Of a stretch of DNA of 64,000 bases, positions 1-8,906 are shown piece after piece. A program made the translations under genes and the position numbers. A model generated the notes under the pieces. The model saw only the letters and a program-made list of their open reading frames with translations. It ran no database searches and had not been told where the DNA came from. The stretch comes from an uncultured Clostridia bacterium (GTDB taxonomy: Bacteria > Bacillota > Clostridia > Christensenellales > CAG-917), in the NCBI GenBank assembly GCA_947589475.1, contig CANQBO010000007.1:33493-97492 (forward strand). The letters run 5' to 3'. Numbering within the stretch: position 1 is the first letter of the stretch; each line of letters starts with the position of its first letter.

Positions 1-1109
1 CCTCGCGAAAGGACTGCATATCTTTAGGCGTGGGCGAGCCTGATTTCCCCACTCCTCCCGCGTTTTGCAAGGCGGGGATAGACAGCGTGGAGGCGGGGCG
101 CACGGGCTATACGGCAAACGCTGGGCTAAGCGAGTTGCGCGTGGCGATCTCAAAATACACATCTCGCTTTACGGGCGTTGATTACGACCCCGAAAGCGAG
201 ATCCTTGTGACGGTTGGCGCGTCCGAAGGCTTGGACGCGGCAATACGCGCCATATGCGCGCCGGGCGACGAGATCCTTGTGCCCGAACCCTGTTTTGTGT
301 GCTATGCTCCGCTCATCTCGCTTGCGGGAGGCGTCCCCGTACCTATTGCGTGCTCGATCGAGGACGATTTCAAAGTTACGCCCGCCCTTCTCGAGGCAAG
401 CATAACAAGCAAAACTAAAGCGCTCATTCTCGCCTACCCCAACAACCCTACGGGCGCTATAATGCAAAAGAGCGACCTCGAACTGCTTGCGCCCATAATA
501 AAGAAGCACGACTTGCTTGTGATAAGCGACGAGATATATGCCGAGCTTACCTATGACGACGCAGAATTTTGCTCCGTCGCCTCTCTCGAAGGCATGCGCG
601 AGAGGACTGTCATCGTGAGCGGATTTTCAAAATACTTCGCTATGACGGGCTGGCGCATAGGCTATGTGTGCGCCCCCAAACAGATCTACGACGTAATATT
701 CAAAATCCATCAGTATGCCGTGATGTGCGCGCCTACGGTGGCGCAATACGTCGCGCTGGAGGCGCTTGAGCTGTCATTCAGAGACAACTTCGGCACGGTG
801 AGACAGATGCGCGACATCTATGACGAGAGGCGCAAATTCCTGCTCCGCAGATTTGACGAGATAGGTCTGCCCTGCTTCCGTCCGAGGGGCGCGTTTTACG
901 CATTTCCGAGCGTGGAACCGCTTATGACAGACGGCGACACCTTCGCCTACGGCTTGCTCGACGCAAAGAATGTCGCGGTAGTGCCCGGTTCCGCATTCGG
1001 CTCCCGTTCTCAAAATTTCCTGCGCATAAGTTACGCCTACTCCATTGAAACGCTTGCTCGCGCCCTCGATCTCATCGAGGAGTACGTCAACGAGCTTTTG
1101 ACAAAGTAG
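1..1109 (+). CDS. PLP-dependent aminotransferase, class I/II (aspartate/aromatic aminotransferase-like); 5' end is outside the window
   Basis: ORF 30..1109 stays open in frame back to nt 3 (..DCISLGVGEPDFPTP..). It has the GEPDF-TP N-terminal motif, NNPTG, and SGFSKYFAMTGWRIGY (PLP-lysine region). Confidence 0.85.
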   Translation, partial: SRKDCISLGVGEPDFPTPPAFCKAGIDSVEAGRTGYTANAGLSELRVAISKYTSRFTGVDYDPESEILVTVGASEGLDAAIRAICAPGDEILVPEPCFVCYAPLISLAGGVPVPIACSIEDDFKVTPALLEASITSKTKALILAYPNNPTGAIMQKSDLELLAPIIKKHDLLVISDEIYAELTYDDAEFCSVASLEGMRERTVIVSGFSKYFAMTGWRIGYVCAPKQIYDVIFKIHQYAVMCAPTVAQYVALEALELSFRDNFGTVRQMRDIYDERRKFLLRRFDEIGLPCFRPRGAFYAFPSVEPLMTDGDTFAYGLLDAKNVAVVPGSAFGSRSQNFLRISYAYSIETLARALDLIEEYVNELLTK

Positions 1110-1393
1110 ATCGAACTTTCTTGCAAAATAACATCTGAAAAGAGCCGCCCGCGCCTATGTTGCGAGCCTTTTTTAATTGCGAGATTTTCACTGAGCTTAC
1201 GCGCATTTAAACATATTTTCAAAGACGTTTTCCCGCCGTCCTGTAAATAAAATTTAAAAGCCGACCTCATTTTTTACGACATCAAATCGCGACATGTCAA
1301 AGGCTTTTCCAAAAAATGCGGCTTTATTTTTCGCACCCATATGCATATTTCCGCCAAAAATCTTGCCGCTTGAATTCGCACATACGCACAATT

Positions 1394-2965
1394 TCAGACA
1401 AGCGCGAAAACGGCGCAAATCGCGACGGCGGAAGCGGCTCCTATCAACCCGCCGCGCAGCTTGTCTTTGCGCGGCAACAGTATGAAGCGAGAAAAGAAGA
1501 TTGCAAGCATGAGATAAAGCGCTATTGCGGGGACGGATATTGCGGGAAGAGACAGCATATTTCGAGTCAGACCCGCCGCCCAGCCCACATATTGCTCAAA
1601 CGGGAAGAGCAATATCCTCATCACATAGACGACGGGAGCCGCGGTCGTCACAAGCGAAAAGAGCGTGACGACAAGCAACGCTATATAGCATATCATAATA
1701 AACGGCACGAATATTATATTTGACACAAGCTGAAGAAGAGGGAGCTGTCCGAAGAAGTACGCCACAAACGGACAACTCATTATCGTCGCGGACAGCGTAA
1801 CGCAAACGAGCGATACGATCCTTTTGCCGAATTTATGTTTGGGACTTATCTTGCATATCACCTTCTGCCCCGCGTCGTTTAAGCTCTTGTGGAAGAGGAA
1901 TATTCCGAGCATGGATGAGAACGAGAGCAAAAACCCCACTTCCAAAAGCGCCGTCGGACGGAAAGTCAAGATGAGTATCGCCGCAAACGACAACGCGGAG
2001 ATGTTGTCCCGTTTTTTCCCGAAGCTTGACGCGAACGTAAACACAAAACTCATCACGAACGCCCTCAGCGCGGACGCGGTGAAAGAACAAAGCGCGGTGT
2101 ACAAAAACGTGAGCGTCGTCACGACGATGAGGCTCGCCCACGGCTTGACTTTGAGTTTTCTCAAAATGAAATAGAGCACTGTAGACAGCGTGGATATGTG
2201 CAATCCGCTCACCGCGAGCACGTGCGACAGCCCGCTTGCCGCCACTCCCGACGACAACTCGTCGCTCATTCCGAATTTGTCGCCCAAAAGCAGCGCGGTG
2301 CATATCGAGGCGCTGTCCGCGTCCATATTGCCGTAAAATATAGATTTTATCCGATGCTGTATATTGCGCGGGAAGGACAGTTTGCCCTCGGCGAGCTTGC
2401 TTATCTTCGAGATATAGAGATGATATGCCCGCCTGTTTGCCAACGCATTTGCATAAAAACCGTCGAATTTTTCGTGAGCGGTTCCCTGCACATAGCCGCG
2501 CATATATATCACGTCGCCCGCATTGAAATCAGGCTCGAATTCGAAATATACGTGCACAGACGCGTCGAAGTCCATCTTTTCGCCGTCGACATAGAGGTCG
2601 TGCACGTAAAATTCCGTACCGCCGTCCTCAACGGTAATTAAACCCGAAACAGTCGCTGTCATTTCCACTATGGGCGAACGCTCCACGTAGCGTACCTTCG
2701 AATCGTACATAGCGCCGCTTATGGTCATCGCGGAAAAGCCCACGAGCATGATAAGCGGGATATAGAAAAAGCGGCGCGTCCTCTTAAATGCCGAAAGCAA
2801 GACGATCGCCGCGACTCCAAACGAGAGCGGAATGGCTATGAAAGCGAGTTTTCGCCGTAAATGGCTTCGGCTATGACAATTCCGCCTATAAGCGCGAGCG
2901 CGGCGCAACACATGGGACGATAGTTGAATATCCGACTCTTTGCCTTCGCCATGCTCACCTCTCAA
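1394..2965 (-). CDS. comEC: ComEC/Rec2-family competence membrane protein; only DUF4131-like and competence domains visible, no C-terminal metallo-beta-lactamase domain
   Basis: 523-aa polytopic ORF with the ComEC core motif LLLGDKFGMSDELSSGVAASGLSHVLAVSGLHISTL. The exact start is uncertain because the N-terminus is Arg-rich. Confidence 0.75.
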   Translation of the reverse strand: MRGEHGEGKESDIQLSSHVLRRARAYRRNCHSRSHLRRKLAFIAIPLSFGVAAIVLLSAFKRTRRFFYIPLIMLVGFSAMTISGAMYDSKVRYVERSPIVEMTATVSGLITVEDGGTEFYVHDLYVDGEKMDFDASVHVYFEFEPDFNAGDVIYMRGYVQGTAHEKFDGFYANALANRRAYHLYISKISKLAEGKLSFPRNIQHRIKSIFYGNMDADSASICTALLLGDKFGMSDELSSGVAASGLSHVLAVSGLHISTLSTVLYFILRKLKVKPWASLIVVTTLTFLYTALCSFTASALRAFVMSFVFTFASSFGKKRDNISALSFAAILILTFRPTALLEVGFLLSFSSMLGIFLFHKSLNDAGQKVICKISPKHKFGKRIVSLVCVTLSATIMSCPFVAYFFGQLPLLQLVSNIIFVPFIMICYIALLVVTLFSLVTTAAPVVYVMRILLFPFEQYVGWAAGLTRNMLSLPAISVPAIALYLMLAIFFSRFILLPRKDKLRGGLIGAASAVAICAVFALV

Positions 2966-3019
2966 AATTCCAAAAACAACTTTATTTGCGCGTTTTGTCG
3001 TGATAAACGCTCGTTTTTG

Positions 3020-3370
3020 TCAACATCCGCTTGTCGGGGTGCCCGTGATGACGATGTCCGTTTCAAGTCCGTCCAAGCTTGCGTGCAACCTGTCCCCTAT
3101 CTTCGCGTCCCTGCCTATCGTAAGCGTGCCTATGTACGCGACGACGTCGCTCACGCGCTCCTTAGGTACGGGCGCGTCCGTCTTGCATGACGCAACTCCG
3201 CCGCCTTCGAGTTTTATGAGCGTAGTCACGGTGCGCACGGGGTGCGTAAACTCCGCCTTGCCGTACGCCTCTCCCCGCTTGCAAGTGTTGCCGCTCACTC
3301 TTATTTCCTCGCCGACTTTCTCTATTTTCAGCCCGCATCCCATCGGACACATTATGCATATCGTATTCAT
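3020..3370 (-). CDS. DUF1667-domain protein, small Cys-rich subunit of the GlpA-like flavoprotein trio
   Basis: Internal start MNTICIMCPMGCGL at 3370, chosen because its ATG overlaps the upstream stop (ATGA). The CxxC-rich N-terminus is typical of DUF1667. The longer ORF 3020..3616 overlaps the upstream gene. Confidence 0.8.
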   Translation of the reverse strand: MNTICIMCPMGCGLKIEKVGEEIRVSGNTCKRGEAYGKAEFTHPVRTVTTLIKLEGGGVASCKTDAPVPKERVSDVVAYIGTLTIGRDAKIGDRLHASLDGLETDIVITGTPTSGC

Positions 3371-4599
3371 TTTTCCAACCTCACGACGATGTCTCCGTCT
3401 ATATCCGATCTTTCGATGTCCACGCTTCCCATCTCTCCCGGGGCGAGCATCTGAAATTTCCTGTTTGACAGCGTCTTGCTTCCGCTTTCCACGACCAGCC
3501 TCACACCCTTGTACACGTTGTCCACCCTGAAAAACAGTCTGACTTTGCCCTCTCCCCTGTTTATGCGTTGAGGAAGCGCGTATCTCACGCCGTCCTTCGC
3601 CGCAACGTTTACGCACTCGCCGCTTTTAAGCTCGCCTTTTGCATATCTCGCCGCCGCACTGCCCGCGATAAGAGCCTCTTGAGAGACGTTGTCCACGAGG
3701 TCGTGCACATGCAACACGTTGCCGCAGGAAAATACGCCATCGAGAGTAGTCATTCTGTTTTCGTCCACCGCCGCGCCGTTGGTGACGGGACTCATTTCCA
3801 CTCCCGAGCCGTTTATGAGATCGTTTTCGGGTATAAGCCCCACCGAGAGCAACAGCGCGTCGCAACTCACAAATTGCTCATTGTCGAGAATAGGCTTCCT
3901 GTCCGTGCCGACGGGCGCATAGTAAAGTCCCTCTATTCGTGGACTGCCCACGACGCGCGTGATCGTATGCGAATATTTTATGGGGATGCCGTAGTCGTCG
4001 AGGCATTGCACGATGTTGCGCTTGAGTCCGCTTGAATACGGCATGAGTTCAAGCACAAGTTTGACCTTCGCGCCCTCCGTCGTCATACGGCGCGCCATGA
4101 TGAGACCTATGTCCCCGCTGCCCAAAATGACGACCTCTTTGCCGACGAGGTAGCCGTCGATATTGCACAGCTTTTGCGCCATACCCGCCGTGTAAATGCC
4201 CGCGGGACGCGTCCCCGGAAGCGCTATTGCCCCCGCCGTACGCTCTCTGCAACCCATCGCGAGCACTATAGCCCCCGCCTTCGCCTTGACAAGCCCGTAT
4301 TCGGGAGAGAGCGCGGTGACCGTCCTGTCCTCGCCTATCGCGAGCGCCATTGCCTCAAGCATGACGTCGATGTCCCTCTTCTCGACCTCTTTGCGGAAGC
4401 GGTCGGCATATTCCGGACCCGTCATCTCTTCTTTGAAGTAGTGCAGACCAAAGCCCTGATGTATGCATTGATTGAGTATACCGCCAAGCCGCACGTCGCG
4501 CTCGAGTATCAGCGTTTTCGCGCCGCCGTCGCATGCCGCGATCGCCGCCGCCATGCCCGCGGGACCGCCGCCTATCACAACAACGTCGTACTCTCTCAT
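3367..4599 (-). CDS. NAD(P)/FAD-dependent (pyridine nucleotide-disulfide family) oxidoreductase
   Basis: Start at MREYDVVVIGGGPAGMAAA (GxGxxG dinucleotide fold), with a second Rossmann motif VVILGSGDIGL. The start overlaps the upstream stop by 1 nt (TGATG), which implies coupling. Confidence 0.85.
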   Translation of the reverse strand: MREYDVVVIGGGPAGMAAAIAACDGGAKTLILERDVRLGGILNQCIHQGFGLHYFKEEMTGPEYADRFRKEVEKRDIDVMLEAMALAIGEDRTVTALSPEYGLVKAKAGAIVLAMGCRERTAGAIALPGTRPAGIYTAGMAQKLCNIDGYLVGKEVVILGSGDIGLIMARRMTTEGAKVKLVLELMPYSSGLKRNIVQCLDDYGIPIKYSHTITRVVGSPRIEGLYYAPVGTDRKPILDNEQFVSCDALLLSVGLIPENDLINGSGVEMSPVTNGAAVDENRMTTLDGVFSCGNVLHVHDLVDNVSQEALIAGSAAARYAKGELKSGECVNVAAKDGVRYALPQRINRGEGKVRLFFRVDNVYKGVRLVVESGSKTLSNRKFQMLAPGEMGSVDIERSDIDGDIVVRLEK

Positions 4600-6029
4600 C
4601 ACTCCACCTCCTTGACGCGGTAGCGCGCAATGTTGGCGCCCAAACCTTTGTTGACCTCGGTGAGAGGAATATCCAGCTCCCTCGCGAGTATCTGCATCAC
4701 TCTCGTGCCGCAAAAACCGCCCTGACACCTGCCCATGCCCGCGCGACAGCGCCGCTTTACGGCGTCCACTGTAGTCGCGGGAAGAGGCGAGTGTATCGCG
4801 TCCACAATTTCCCCTTCCGTGACTTTCTCACAGCGGCACACTATTCTGCCGTAGCGGTTGTCCTCGGCGATGAGCTTTTCTATCTCCTCTTCTGAAAGCT
4901 CCTTAATACGCTTATGGCGAGGCATTACGGTCACGTATTCCGCTTTTTTATCGACATGCAGCGTTTCTTGCACCATTGACATTATCTCGTCCGCTATGGC
5001 GGGCGCGGAGGTCAGCCCAGGCGAGCATATGCCTATCGCCATGATGAAGTTCTCTTTCAGTTTGGACTTGCATATAACGAAGTCGTGCCCTATAAGAGTG
5101 CGCAGACCGCTGTACACTCTTATGCACTTGTTGAAAGCGGGTCGCTTATAAGTGAGCGGCACGCTTGCGCGCAAGATGTCGAGGCTGTCAAGCGAGGAAG
5201 CGACGTCCTCGCTGTCGTCGGTGTCTATCGCGGTGGGACCGTATATCACGTTGCCGTCCGCGGTGGGCGCGACAAGTATGCCCTTTCCCGCCGCCGTCGG
5301 AAGCGGGAATATGACGGTGTTCACATTTTTGCGCTCCGTACTGTCAAGCACGAAGTAATCGCCTCTGCGATATGTCGTCTCGAAATGCTCCGCCCCCGCG
5401 AGGTCGTTTATGTCCGCGCCGTGCGCTCCCGCGCAATTTATCACCATGCGCGTCGCAACCACGCCTTTCGGAGTGGTAAGAAGGTACTCTCCGTCCTCGA
5501 AGCTTATATCCGATACGGGCGCTTCGAGCGCTATTTTCGCGCCGTTTGTGACCGCCCTGTCCGCATATCCGATCGCCATTTGATAGGGCGACACTATGCC
5601 CGCCATAGGCGCATACAAGCTGTAGACTATTCTGTCCGCGACGTTTGGCTCCAACTTCAAAGTCTCTTCTCTGTCCAGAAGGTGCACCTCGACGCCGTTC
5701 GCCTTCGCCTTCCTTTGAAGCTCCTTAAGTCCCTCGAGTCCGTCCTCGCCCGCGACGACGATAGAGCCGCACTTGAGGTGCGGCACGTCAAGCTCCTCCG
5801 CATCCTTCCATACGAGGGGATTGCCAAGCACGTTGTACTTCGCCTTGAGCGTGCCCGGTTCGCAATCGTAACCCGCGTGCACTATGCCGCTGTTCGCGCG
5901 CGTAGTGAAAGAAGCGACGTCGTCGCACTTTTCGACCAGCAACGTCTTTAGATGATAACGCGAAAGTCTGTCCAGCACCGCCGTGCCGACGATCCCTCCG
6001 CCTATGACCGTAACATCGAATCTTTCCAT
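4599..6029 (-). CDS. FAD-dependent glycerol-3-phosphate dehydrogenase/oxidase-like flavoprotein with C-terminal BFD-like [2Fe-2S] domain
   Basis: MERFDVTVIGGGIVGTAV (FAD GxGxxG). The C-terminal CRCEKVTEGEIVDAI...CRAGMGRCQGGFC is a BFD-like 2Fe-2S motif. It is the first gene of a three-gene coupled set. Confidence 0.85.
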   Translation of the reverse strand: MERFDVTVIGGGIVGTAVLDRLSRYHLKTLLVEKCDDVASFTTRANSGIVHAGYDCEPGTLKAKYNVLGNPLVWKDAEELDVPHLKCGSIVVAGEDGLEGLKELQRKAKANGVEVHLLDREETLKLEPNVADRIVYSLYAPMAGIVSPYQMAIGYADRAVTNGAKIALEAPVSDISFEDGEYLLTTPKGVVATRMVINCAGAHGADINDLAGAEHFETTYRRGDYFVLDSTERKNVNTVIFPLPTAAGKGILVAPTADGNVIYGPTAIDTDDSEDVASSLDSLDILRASVPLTYKRPAFNKCIRVYSGLRTLIGHDFVICKSKLKENFIMAIGICSPGLTSAPAIADEIMSMVQETLHVDKKAEYVTVMPRHKRIKELSEEEIEKLIAEDNRYGRIVCRCEKVTEGEIVDAIHSPLPATTVDAVKRRCRAGMGRCQGGFCGTRVMQILARELDIPLTEVNKGLGANIARYRVKEVE

Positions 6030-6080
6030 ATGAAAATTAAAAATTATTCCCGCCCCATATGCTTCGGGCGGGAGGCATGT

Positions 6081-6614
6081 TTATATGTTGAATTTCTTTT
6101 TGTATGCGGCGATATTTTCCTTGATGATAAGCTCCGCGTGCTCCCTGCCCTTGACATGGAACACCGTAGTGTGCTTATCCTCAAGTTGTTTGTACACTCT
6201 GAAGAAGTGCGACATCTCGCTCATGATATGCTGAGGAAGTTCGTCAATATCCTTGTACACATTCCACGTCGGGTCCTTAAACGGTATCGCGATGATCTTG
6301 TAGTCCATCTCGTCGTTGTCCTGCATCATTATGACGCCTATGGGGTAGCACCTCACAAGAGTGAGAGGCACTATAGGCTCCGAGCAAAGCACAAGCACGT
6401 CGAGGGGATCGTTGTCCTCCGAATACGTGCGCGGAATGAACCCGTAATTCGCGGGATAATGCGTAGACGTATACAGCACCCTGTCCAAAATGAGGACGCC
6501 CGTTTGCTTGTCAAGCTCGTACTTGTTTTTGCTCCCCTTTGAGATCTCAATGACGGCAACGAAATCCGTCGGCGACACGCGCGCGGGATCTACGTCATGC
6601 CAGATATTGCTCAT
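6081..6614 (-). CDS. ppa: Inorganic pyrophosphatase (family I)
   Basis: 177 aa with KNKYELDK...YPANYGFIPRT...DGDPLDVLVL-type signature (here DNDPLDVLVL). Confidence 0.95.
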   Translation of the reverse strand: MSNIWHDVDPARVSPTDFVAVIEISKGSKNKYELDKQTGVLILDRVLYTSTHYPANYGFIPRTYSEDNDPLDVLVLCSEPIVPLTLVRCYPIGVIMMQDNDEMDYKIIAIPFKDPTWNVYKDIDELPQHIMSEMSHFFRVYKQLEDKHTTVFHVKGREHAELIIKENIAAYKKKFNI

Positions 6615-6705
6615 CGCTCAATTCCCCCGAAGATGATAATTATATTATAATTATAATGATTGCAGTTGTAAATGTCAATAAGACTTGCGTACACGTTTGA
6701 CCTTT

Positions 6706-7443
6706 TTACTCGGGGAATTTCAAGGGCATGCGGCGCTTATGCTCGCTTGCGGCGCGCATTTTTTCTATCTTCGCAATCGTTTCGGGCGAGACCTCTCCGC
6801 CGCGCAGGTAGGCGTCCACGTCGCTGTACTTTATTCCCATCTCGGTCTCGTCCGTCTGTCCGGGATACAGTCCCGCGGAGGGCGCTTTGCTTATGACGCT
6901 CTCGGGGCAGCCGAGGAATTTCAAATGCTCGAATATTTCGCCCACCGTGAGGTCCGCGATGGGGTTGAAGTCGTACGCGCCGTCCCCCCACTTCGTGAAG
7001 TAGCCCAAAGTCGCCTCGTCAAGATTGCCCGTCCCCGCGACGAGATAGCCGCGCGCCTGTCCCAATGCGTACAGCGTCGTCATGCGCAAGCGGGGATTTA
7101 TGTTGATGGACGCCATGTGTTTCGCGCTCTCGCTCCCCGCAAACTTGTCGCCAAGCGCGGTCATAAACGTATCTTTTACGCTTGTGAGGTCCACCTCTAT
7201 CTGCTCTATGCCGAAATGTTTGCCCACGGCGAGCGCGTCGTCGCGGTCGGACGTGTAATTCTGTTTTGAACTGCACGGCATGATGACCCCGAGCACATTG
7301 TCCGTTGCCATCTTGCAAAGTATGCTCACAAGCGAGCAGTCCTTTCCGCCGCTGTTTCCGTATATGACGCCCTTCGCGCCCGCGCTCTTTAGAAGCGCCT
7401 TTATCCACTCCACTCTTGCCGACACAGATCCTCTTATGTCCAT
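6706..7443 (-). CDS. nadE: Ammonia-dependent NAD+ synthetase
   Basis: 245 aa with the PP-loop SGGKDCS in GVIYGNSGGKDCSLV, and an AAGGAG Shine-Dalgarno upstream of 7443. Confidence 0.9.
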   Translation of the reverse strand: MDIRGSVSARVEWIKALLKSAGAKGVIYGNSGGKDCSLVSILCKMATDNVLGVIMPCSSKQNYTSDRDDALAVGKHFGIEQIEVDLTSVKDTFMTALGDKFAGSESAKHMASININPRLRMTTLYALGQARGYLVAGTGNLDEATLGYFTKWGDGAYDFNPIADLTVGEIFEHLKFLGCPESVISKAPSAGLYPGQTDETEMGIKYSDVDAYLRGGEVSPETIAKIEKMRAASEHKRRMPLKFPE

Positions 7444-7621
7444 ATGGAAAACTCCTTTTAAGATGATAATACATTATAAACGACCTCCCCGCGATTTGCA
7501 ATAAAAATTTAGCAAGTGCGAAAATTTGCAAAAATGCGGATCTTTGACGAAAAATATATCAAAATTTGTGTTTTTGTGCAAAAAATCTTTTGCAAATACC
7601 CAAAATTTAGCAAAATTGCTA

Positions 7622-7650
7622 TTGAAATATGAATTTGGCGGTTATATAAT
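7622..7650 (+). promoter_or_regulatory. Putative sigma-A promoter of gldA-dhaK (TTGAAA, 17 nt spacer, TATAAT)
   Basis: TTGAAA at 7622-7627 and TATAAT at 7645-7650, read directly; about 38 nt upstream of the gldA ATG. Confidence 0.55.
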
Positions 7651-7687
7651 ATAATCATCAAATAAACCTCAAAAAAGGAGAAACTTT

Positions 7688-8839
7688 ATGAGAAAAGCAT
7701 TTATTTGCCCCACAAAGTATGTCCAGGGCGAGGATGAGCTCCTCAACCTCGGATATTTCGTAAGAACTTTCGGTAAGAAAGCTCTGCTTATCGCGGACCC
7801 GTTCGCGCTCGGTCTCGTCAAAGAGAAACTCGAAGCTACACAGGCGAAATTCGGCGTTGAATTCGTGCTGAGCGGCGACCTGTTCAAGGGCGAGTGCTCC
7901 CGCAACACCGTAAAGGCTCTGCAAGAGTTTGCAAAAGCCAACAAGTGCTCCTGCACCATCGGTCTGGGCGGCGGCAAGGCGATCGACACATCGAAGTGCG
8001 TCGCGGCGGGCAGCAACCTCATCATCTGCCCCACCATTGCGGCGACGGACGCTCCGACATCCCACTCCGCAGTGCTGTACACGGACGATCATCACTTTGA
8101 CGACTATGCATATTTCAGACAAAGCCCCAGCGTGGTGCTCATCGACACGACTGTCATCGCAAACGCTCCCACGCGTTTCCTCGTCAGCGGCATGGGCGAC
8201 GCCCTTTCCACATATTTCGAGGCGAGAGCAAACGTCCGCTCCTGCTCCAACGTCAATGCGGGTCTTCCCTGCGGCGCAAACAGAGCAAAGGGCACGATGC
8301 TCGGCTATGGCACGATGGCGGCTTTCGCGCTTGCGGAACTGTGCTATAAGACCCTTCTCTCGGACGGCGCAAAGGCAAAGACGGCTTGCGATATGAACTG
8401 CGTCACACCCGCGTTTGAGAGAATAGTCGAAACAAACATCCTTCTCTCCGGCCTCGGCTTCGAGAGCGGCGGACTTGCCGCGGCGCACGCCATCCACGAC
8501 GGCCTCACTCTTCTGCCCTCTCACACGAAGTATTATCACGGCGAAATGGTAGCCTTCGGCACCATCTGCCAACTCGTGCTTGAAAACAGCCCCGAAGAGG
8601 AACTGTACGAAGTCCTCGACTTCTGCGAGACAGTGGGACTCCCCGTCTGCTTGAAGGACCTCGGCACTGACGAGATCGACGACGAGATGCTCACCGCAAT
8701 TGCCGAAAAATCCTGCATCCCCGACGAGTCCATTCACAACATGCCCTTCCCCGTAACAGTCGACATGGTCAAAGCCGCCATCAAGACTGCGGACAGAATA
8801 GGCTATGAATATAGATACGGCTGCGATTGCTGCGACTAA
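7688..8839 (+). CDS. gldA: Glycerol dehydrogenase (iron/zinc-dependent alcohol dehydrogenase family)
   Basis: 383 aa with GGGKAIDT and the PTIAATDAPTS motif. AAAAGGAG RBS 6 nt before the ATG. The tail ..YGCDCCD is unusually Cys-rich. Confidence 0.9.
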   Translation: MRKAFICPTKYVQGEDELLNLGYFVRTFGKKALLIADPFALGLVKEKLEATQAKFGVEFVLSGDLFKGECSRNTVKALQEFAKANKCSCTIGLGGGKAIDTSKCVAAGSNLIICPTIAATDAPTSHSAVLYTDDHHFDDYAYFRQSPSVVLIDTTVIANAPTRFLVSGMGDALSTYFEARANVRSCSNVNAGLPCGANRAKGTMLGYGTMAAFALAELCYKTLLSDGAKAKTACDMNCVTPAFERIVETNILLSGLGFESGGLAAAHAIHDGLTLLPSHTKYYHGEMVAFGTICQLVLENSPEEELYEVLDFCETVGLPVCLKDLGTDEIDDEMLTAIAEKSCIPDESIHNMPFPVTVDMVKAAIKTADRIGYEYRYGCDCCD

Positions 8840-8906
8840 GCGACAATAAATGAGGGTGCTCTCCCCAAAGGAGAGTACCCTACTTTTTTTGAATAAGGAG
8901 AATATT

